A stretch of DNA of 64,000 bases from Candidatus Heimdallarchaeota archaeon. Its GTDB lineage: Archaea > Asgardarchaeota > Heimdallarchaeia > Heimdallarchaeales > Heimdallarchaeaceae. The notes below the pieces were generated by a model, which was given only the letters and a program-made list of their open reading frames with translations, had not been told where the DNA came from and ran no database searches. The stretch spans positions 64,001 through 128,000 of the forward strand of contig JAUVXV010000006.1 in the NCBI GenBank assembly GCA_030603365.1. Direction: 5' to 3'. Positions 59,666-64,000 of this stretch are shown piece after piece (position 1 is the stretch's first letter; each line of letters opens with the position of its first letter). Position numbers and translations under genes: made by a program.

Positions 59666-61566
59666 GAGAAAAATGAACCTTTTTCATCCGTATTAATCTT
59701 TAAAGTACACATGTCTTGTGCAATTAAATCTAATTTATAATCCTTTGAAGAAGCTAAATAGAGTAGTTTTCTTTTAATTAATTCAATTTCTTCATATTTT
59801 CTTTGATCCAGAGTACTTGGACGATAACCGTAAGCCATTTTAAAAAGAAAATAATAGGTTTTGAAATCTAGCTCAAAACTGATAGGTTTATCTCCATTAA
59901 CTCGCAAAATAATTTGGATTCTTATCGGTAACTGTGCAAAAACGTCTCGAAATTCATATGAAAAAGGTATTCTTATTTCTGATTTTCGCATATCTATAGA
60001 TAACCTAACTAAAGATGAAACTGAAGGAATACGGTTTAATCTAAGAATTTTTTTCTGTAAAACTATTTCATTTGGTTCTTTGTTGAACTTTTGTAATGTA
60101 TCAGCGTAAGAGTCACTTAAAGAAAGTGCTCTACAAATTCTTCTGATCAGTCTAAACTTCAGCTTATCAGGGATTTCATTATTAGCTTCATTTTTGTATC
60201 TGACAAGATTTCTAAATTCATCTAAACATTGAGATTTAATGTCTTGATCTTTTATTTGAGTTTCAGGTATAGGAAATTGCTGAAAGAAAAATTGACGTTG
60301 AATTATATACTGAAAGGATTCGCTCTTTAACGATCTTAATTCATTCATAACTGATTTAATATAGCGTTGATTTTGATTTTCTCTACCAATTAGTTCTTCT
60401 TCCATTTCAGCAATATCTTTCTGTAATCTTATGAAAAAGATCTCTTCAAGAGAATCGAAATTTTCCTTCATTCTTCCAATTTCGGAAACTAAACTTGCAA
60501 AACTATAAGACATGTAATTTATCCAATTTTTCGTAGATAGAAAAATCGGACGATAATTTTTGAAGAAATCAAGTGTTTTAAGATCAATTAATTTGTATAG
60601 TGCCTTTTCGTTTAGCAAGAATATCTTATTGTAGAATAAATGATCAAATTGAGATCTGTCTCCGCTTTCATCAAATTCTCTTTTAAATTCAATAATTTCT
60701 TCCTGACATGTTTGAAATTTATACTCACTAAAATGGCCTGCTATTAGATAAGAGATTGTTTCTAAGAATAAACGTAGAGTAATATGTGAGGTTTCTTCGA
60801 TTTCATATTTCATGAATAAATTTTTTATTTGCTCTTTTACTGTATCATTATTATTTATCATTGAAATATTGGAAATTAAATAGCAGTAATTTCTAACAGA
60901 ACATTCTTGACATTGAGAGGATAAAACAACTTTTTCATTTAGATTTGTTATTATTGAATCGAATATCGAATCATTACCAGCAAAAATATCTCTAATAGAC
61001 AAGTCAATAAATGATACATTCCACACAGGTTCTTTTGTTGTTGGTTTTTCTTGTTTAATAGGCAAATTAAGATTCTTTAGTGTAAAATATTCAAGCCATT
61101 TATACTTTTGTACTGTATCTTTCATATTCTTGAAAAAGTGCATTAACATACCAGTGTTAATTGCAATCATCTTTAGTACCTTAGGTTTATTTTGGATAGA
61201 TGAATCACTATACTCTCTAAAGAATATTTTAAGATCATCTAATTGGTTTTTATCTGGTTTATCTGCATGACTTGCATCTAGATTATATTCAATTCTTCTT
61301 CCATTTATCGTATTGCCAATTAATTCTTTAAACTTCGAAAGAAAAACTGTTTTTCCATCACCTGCTGTTCCAGAAATAATTATCAAATCAATTTGATTAG
61401 ATGTATTTTCTTTTTCAGTTATAATTTGAACAAGTTTTTCCTCAAAAGTAGGTACATATAAAAGTTCTTGATCACCTAATAATTCAGTTCCAGCGACAAC
61501 ATTAGATCCACCTTTATTAAAACTACTAATTATCTGTAAATAATTCTTCATTTTCCCCACCAGCAT
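59647..61566 (-). CDS. DptF-like P-loop protein
   Basis: ISGTAGDGKT Walker A, DASH, IAINTGML, C..C....C, GYRP near the C-terminus. Confidence 0.68.
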   Translation of the reverse strand: MLVGKMKNYLQIISSFNKGGSNVVAGTELLGDQELLYVPTFEEKLVQIITEKENTSNQIDLIIISGTAGDGKTVFLSKFKELIGNTINGRRIEYNLDASHADKPDKNQLDDLKIFFREYSDSSIQNKPKVLKMIAINTGMLMHFFKNMKDTVQKYKWLEYFTLKNLNLPIKQEKPTTKEPVWNVSFIDLSIRDIFAGNDSIFDSIITNLNEKVVLSSQCQECSVRNYCYLISNISMINNNDTVKEQIKNLFMKYEIEETSHITLRLFLETISYLIAGHFSEYKFQTCQEEIIEFKREFDESGDRSQFDHLFYNKIFLLNEKALYKLIDLKTLDFFKNYRPIFLSTKNWINYMSYSFASLVSEIGRMKENFDSLEEIFFIRLQKDIAEMEEELIGRENQNQRYIKSVMNELRSLKSESFQYIIQRQFFFQQFPIPETQIKDQDIKSQCLDEFRNLVRYKNEANNEIPDKLKFRLIRRICRALSLSDSYADTLQKFNKEPNEIVLQKKILRLNRIPSVSSLVRLSIDMRKSEIRIPFSYEFRDVFAQLPIRIQIILRVNGDKPISFELDFKTYYFLFKMAYGYRPSTLDQRKYEEIELIKRKLLYLASSKDYKLDLIAQDMCTLKINTDEKGSFFSWRLQC

Positions 61567-61683
61567 TTATGAGTTTATTTCTAAGGCAAATTCAAGCCTT
61601 GTATACTAAAAAGAAATGATTGTTAATTAATAAGTTTAATTGAGAGTAGATAGATATGGTATTTTTTTAAATAATTATAACCA

Positions 61684-62556
61684 TTAAGTTTGCAAATCAA
61701 AAACCATTGTTCTTGAATCTTTTGCTGATTTTGCTTTTCCAAGTACATCTAGTATGTAAAAGGCATTTTGAAACGCAAATCCTTTATCTCTGTCTTCAAC
61801 ATCAGGAAAATATCTATTTGCTTCATCCAATCTGGTTGAGACTCTATCAATAACATCATTTTTGTAATCTTTGTAGATGGATTCTACTAATTTTATTGGT
61901 ATTTTACTTGTTTCTAAGTTTAATCTTGAACCACTGAAAAGATAGTGATATTTATTTGAAGAATAAAGATGAAAGAAGCTTCTAGTTCTGAAACCTTTGG
62001 TTGTTCCAACATATTTTATGTCTTCTTTTTTCTTTGAAAAAGAAAGATCCTCTGGCATAAAAAAAGAGGTAACTTCAATGATAAGACCATGTCCTTCTCT
62101 AGTTATAACAGCATAATCTGAAGATGCTAAGAAAAGAAACACATTTTGTAATGCATATCCCCCTTTTATTGAATTCAAATTAGGGAAGTAATTTTTTGCT
62201 ATCTTTTTTCTAATAGTTGCATACTGCATTTTCTTTCCTAGAAAATCCTTAGCTACTTCAAAAATCAAACTCTTATCTATTATTCCAGATTTTATATCCA
62301 AGATCTTATTACATAAGCAGTGAATAGTTTCTTTTGTGTGATAGAATTCATATACGCTTCTGAAGCCATAAATATCCGATATTCTATCCAAAGTAAAACT
62401 ACTAGGCAAAAATTCTAATATATTCTTAACAGATTCTTTTTCTCTATATTCACTTGATGTTCTAGGAATAATATCACTTTTCTTCTTATTTCCACATTTA
62501 CATCTTTGAGGAAGATAACCACATTCTGGACAGAAAATAAATGGATCTTCGGACAT
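61684..62556 (-). CDS. Zn-ribbon protein with tandemly duplicated domain
   Basis: CPECG...CKCG; GFR...YFP...G(Y/F)A(L/F)QN(V/A)F occurs twice. Confidence 0.6.
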   Translation of the reverse strand: MSEDPFIFCPECGYLPQRCKCGNKKKSDIIPRTSSEYREKESVKNILEFLPSSFTLDRISDIYGFRSVYEFYHTKETIHCLCNKILDIKSGIIDKSLIFEVAKDFLGKKMQYATIRKKIAKNYFPNLNSIKGGYALQNVFLFLASSDYAVITREGHGLIIEVTSFFMPEDLSFSKKKEDIKYVGTTKGFRTRSFFHLYSSNKYHYLFSGSRLNLETSKIPIKLVESIYKDYKNDVIDRVSTRLDEANRYFPDVEDRDKGFAFQNAFYILDVLGKAKSAKDSRTMVFDLQT

Positions 62557-62711
62557 AACAATCAGCTTTGATCATCTATTATCCTAAGAATTTTAAAATG
62601 TAGCTTAAAATTATAAGTATTGTAAAAACTGGAAAGAGAAATACCATTTTCTGATACCATTCCAATCCTCTATATCTTACTTAAACAAAAGGAACTCTTT
62701 ATCTTATTAAT

Positions 62712-63977
62712 TCATAATCCTCTTAATCTTGCATGGATGTAGTCATCTTTTTCATTGACTGAATAAAGAAATTCAGCTCTACCTTTTTCTGTTTGTTTTA
62801 TATTTACTAAATTTTTCCTATTTAGATCTGCAAGTGGTTTTGGAGGTTTTCTCTTCAGTTCATTTTCAGTAATTAAATTCTGATTTATTCTTTTTTGTAT
62901 CAGCCATTTTTTAATTTCAATTCGAATTCCGTATGCACTCATAGAACCTAAAGGTTTTGGAGTTTGTAGCTTTAAACCAGATATTCCTTTATTAACAACA
63001 TCTTCTTTATATTTATCAAGAAGAAAATCAAGAATAACCTTTTCTTTTTGAGTTAAAATTGGTTCAGTAATTTGGTTTCTTTCTAAATCATAGTTCTTTC
63101 TTATTTTATTTATAATAGTATTTCCGCGTGACAGAAACATTACCTGTTCTCTTAGTTCCCAAGTTTTAATCTTACTAATGATTATCTCTTGTATCTTATC
63201 ACTGTATTTTTGATAGGCTAATATTTCTGCTGATTTCTTAAATAATACCCTTTGATAATGCTTTGGTAAAATTTTCAAATTTTCGAGAGATGAATAATAA
63301 ATGACATCGAACACAGCTAGTGAGTACTCAAAAAATTCGAACTTTTTTTCAATCGGTTTTTCATTAATTTCTTCCTTATTCAAAATGTCTATCGTTCTAT
63401 CTGCTAAAACACGTAACATGAAAATAAGATTAATAGCATGTTTTATCCTTTCAAGGAATAATTTACTGTAGTTCTTCTCACGAATTAATAGAATTTTATT
63501 AAAATCCAGAAAAACTATATTTACATCATTTATTTTGATTTTTTTCTTGTTTCTTAAATCAAAATTAAGTTTCTTTAGATTTTTAGAATTTACTTCAATC
63601 ATAGTATGAGTATTTGATTCCATAACATGAAACTTACTAAAATCAGTGAAAACAGCTGATAAAATATCCATTTTTTCTGAAGTTTTTTCTCTGTTGCAAA
63701 TTTTTGCGATTTTATCTAACTTTTCTTGTATCTTTTTTGTTTCAGTATTTACTTCTAGTGATACTTTTTTTGTTATAGTTCCAATAAGAGAAGGAAAAAT
63801 CTCAACTCGTTTTCTAGGTTTCAATAATTCTAAGTCATTTTCATTAATAATCCATTTAATATAGTTAGAAACAAAAGCAATAAGTGGTCGAATTGGTTCT
63901 TTGTCACAAATATAACCTCTTGTATTTCTATAATAATTGTATGATTCAGTTGTTAACCCAATTTTGACTTTCCCCAT
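62712..63977 (-). CDS. Hypothetical protein with C-terminal wHTH-like region
   Basis: LTQKEKVILDFL...LADLNRKNLVNIK...GRAEFLYSV. Confidence 0.5.
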   Translation of the reverse strand: MGKVKIGLTTESYNYYRNTRGYICDKEPIRPLIAFVSNYIKWIINENDLELLKPRKRVEIFPSLIGTITKKVSLEVNTETKKIQEKLDKIAKICNREKTSEKMDILSAVFTDFSKFHVMESNTHTMIEVNSKNLKKLNFDLRNKKKIKINDVNIVFLDFNKILLIREKNYSKLFLERIKHAINLIFMLRVLADRTIDILNKEEINEKPIEKKFEFFEYSLAVFDVIYYSSLENLKILPKHYQRVLFKKSAEILAYQKYSDKIQEIIISKIKTWELREQVMFLSRGNTIINKIRKNYDLERNQITEPILTQKEKVILDFLLDKYKEDVVNKGISGLKLQTPKPLGSMSAYGIRIEIKKWLIQKRINQNLITENELKRKPPKPLADLNRKNLVNIKQTEKGRAEFLYSVNEKDDYIHARLRGL

Positions 63978-64000
63978 CTTAGGAACGAAAAAATCGTGAT

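Noticed and set aside
187-63864. Many short ORFs antisense or out of frame within long genes (e.g. 395-580, 6236-6481, 11513-11905, 24503-24808, 38919-39266, 48818-49162, 53190-53477)
   Set aside because: They are shadows of well-supported genes on the other strand or frame and carry no motifs.
1-64000. CRISPR array, tRNA/rRNA, integrase or IS element
   Set aside because: No regularly spaced repeats, cloverleaf or rRNA-like GC-rich tracts, or recombinase/transposase motifs were seen by eye. tRNAscan and an IS search would be needed to be certain.

Overview
AT-rich window, most likely from an archaeal chromosome. The evidence is TATA-like promoters, GGTGA ribosome-binding sites, several PEF-CTERM-like sorting signals and an archaeal-type RNase HI; an Asgard/Heimdallarchaeia-like host is an inference only. 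Bases 1-17000 are ordinary accessory genes: an ABC exporter pair, hydrolases, a GNAT, methyltransferases and a cluster of secreted or anchored surface proteins, with a tandem duplication and pseudogene relics. From about 17.1 kb to the end of the window is a dense defence island of about 47 kb. It holds a type I R-M locus with two HsdM genes and an extra half-size HsdS, several HEPN-like, PD-(D/E)xK, HNH, GIY-YIG and NYN/PIN nucleases, and an HhH glycosylase-like gene. It also holds an RNase III with two dsRBDs, a CD-NTase/OAS-like gene beside a minimal nucleotidyltransferase, and a DptFGH/MAD-like ATPase module with no dnd modification genes in view. The best candidate for an undescribed system is 26149-29538: membrane protein - TIR - small Zn protein - QueC-like - TGT-like - TIR with an N-terminal MGGGSSG extension. 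It looks like a Thoeris-type TIR system that has adopted the QueC/TGT protein-deazaguanylation module of type IV CBASS, with a TIR instead of a CD-NTase as the predicted substrate. No tRNA, rRNA, CRISPR array, integrase or transposase was recognised. All family calls come from motifs recognised by eye, not from database searches.
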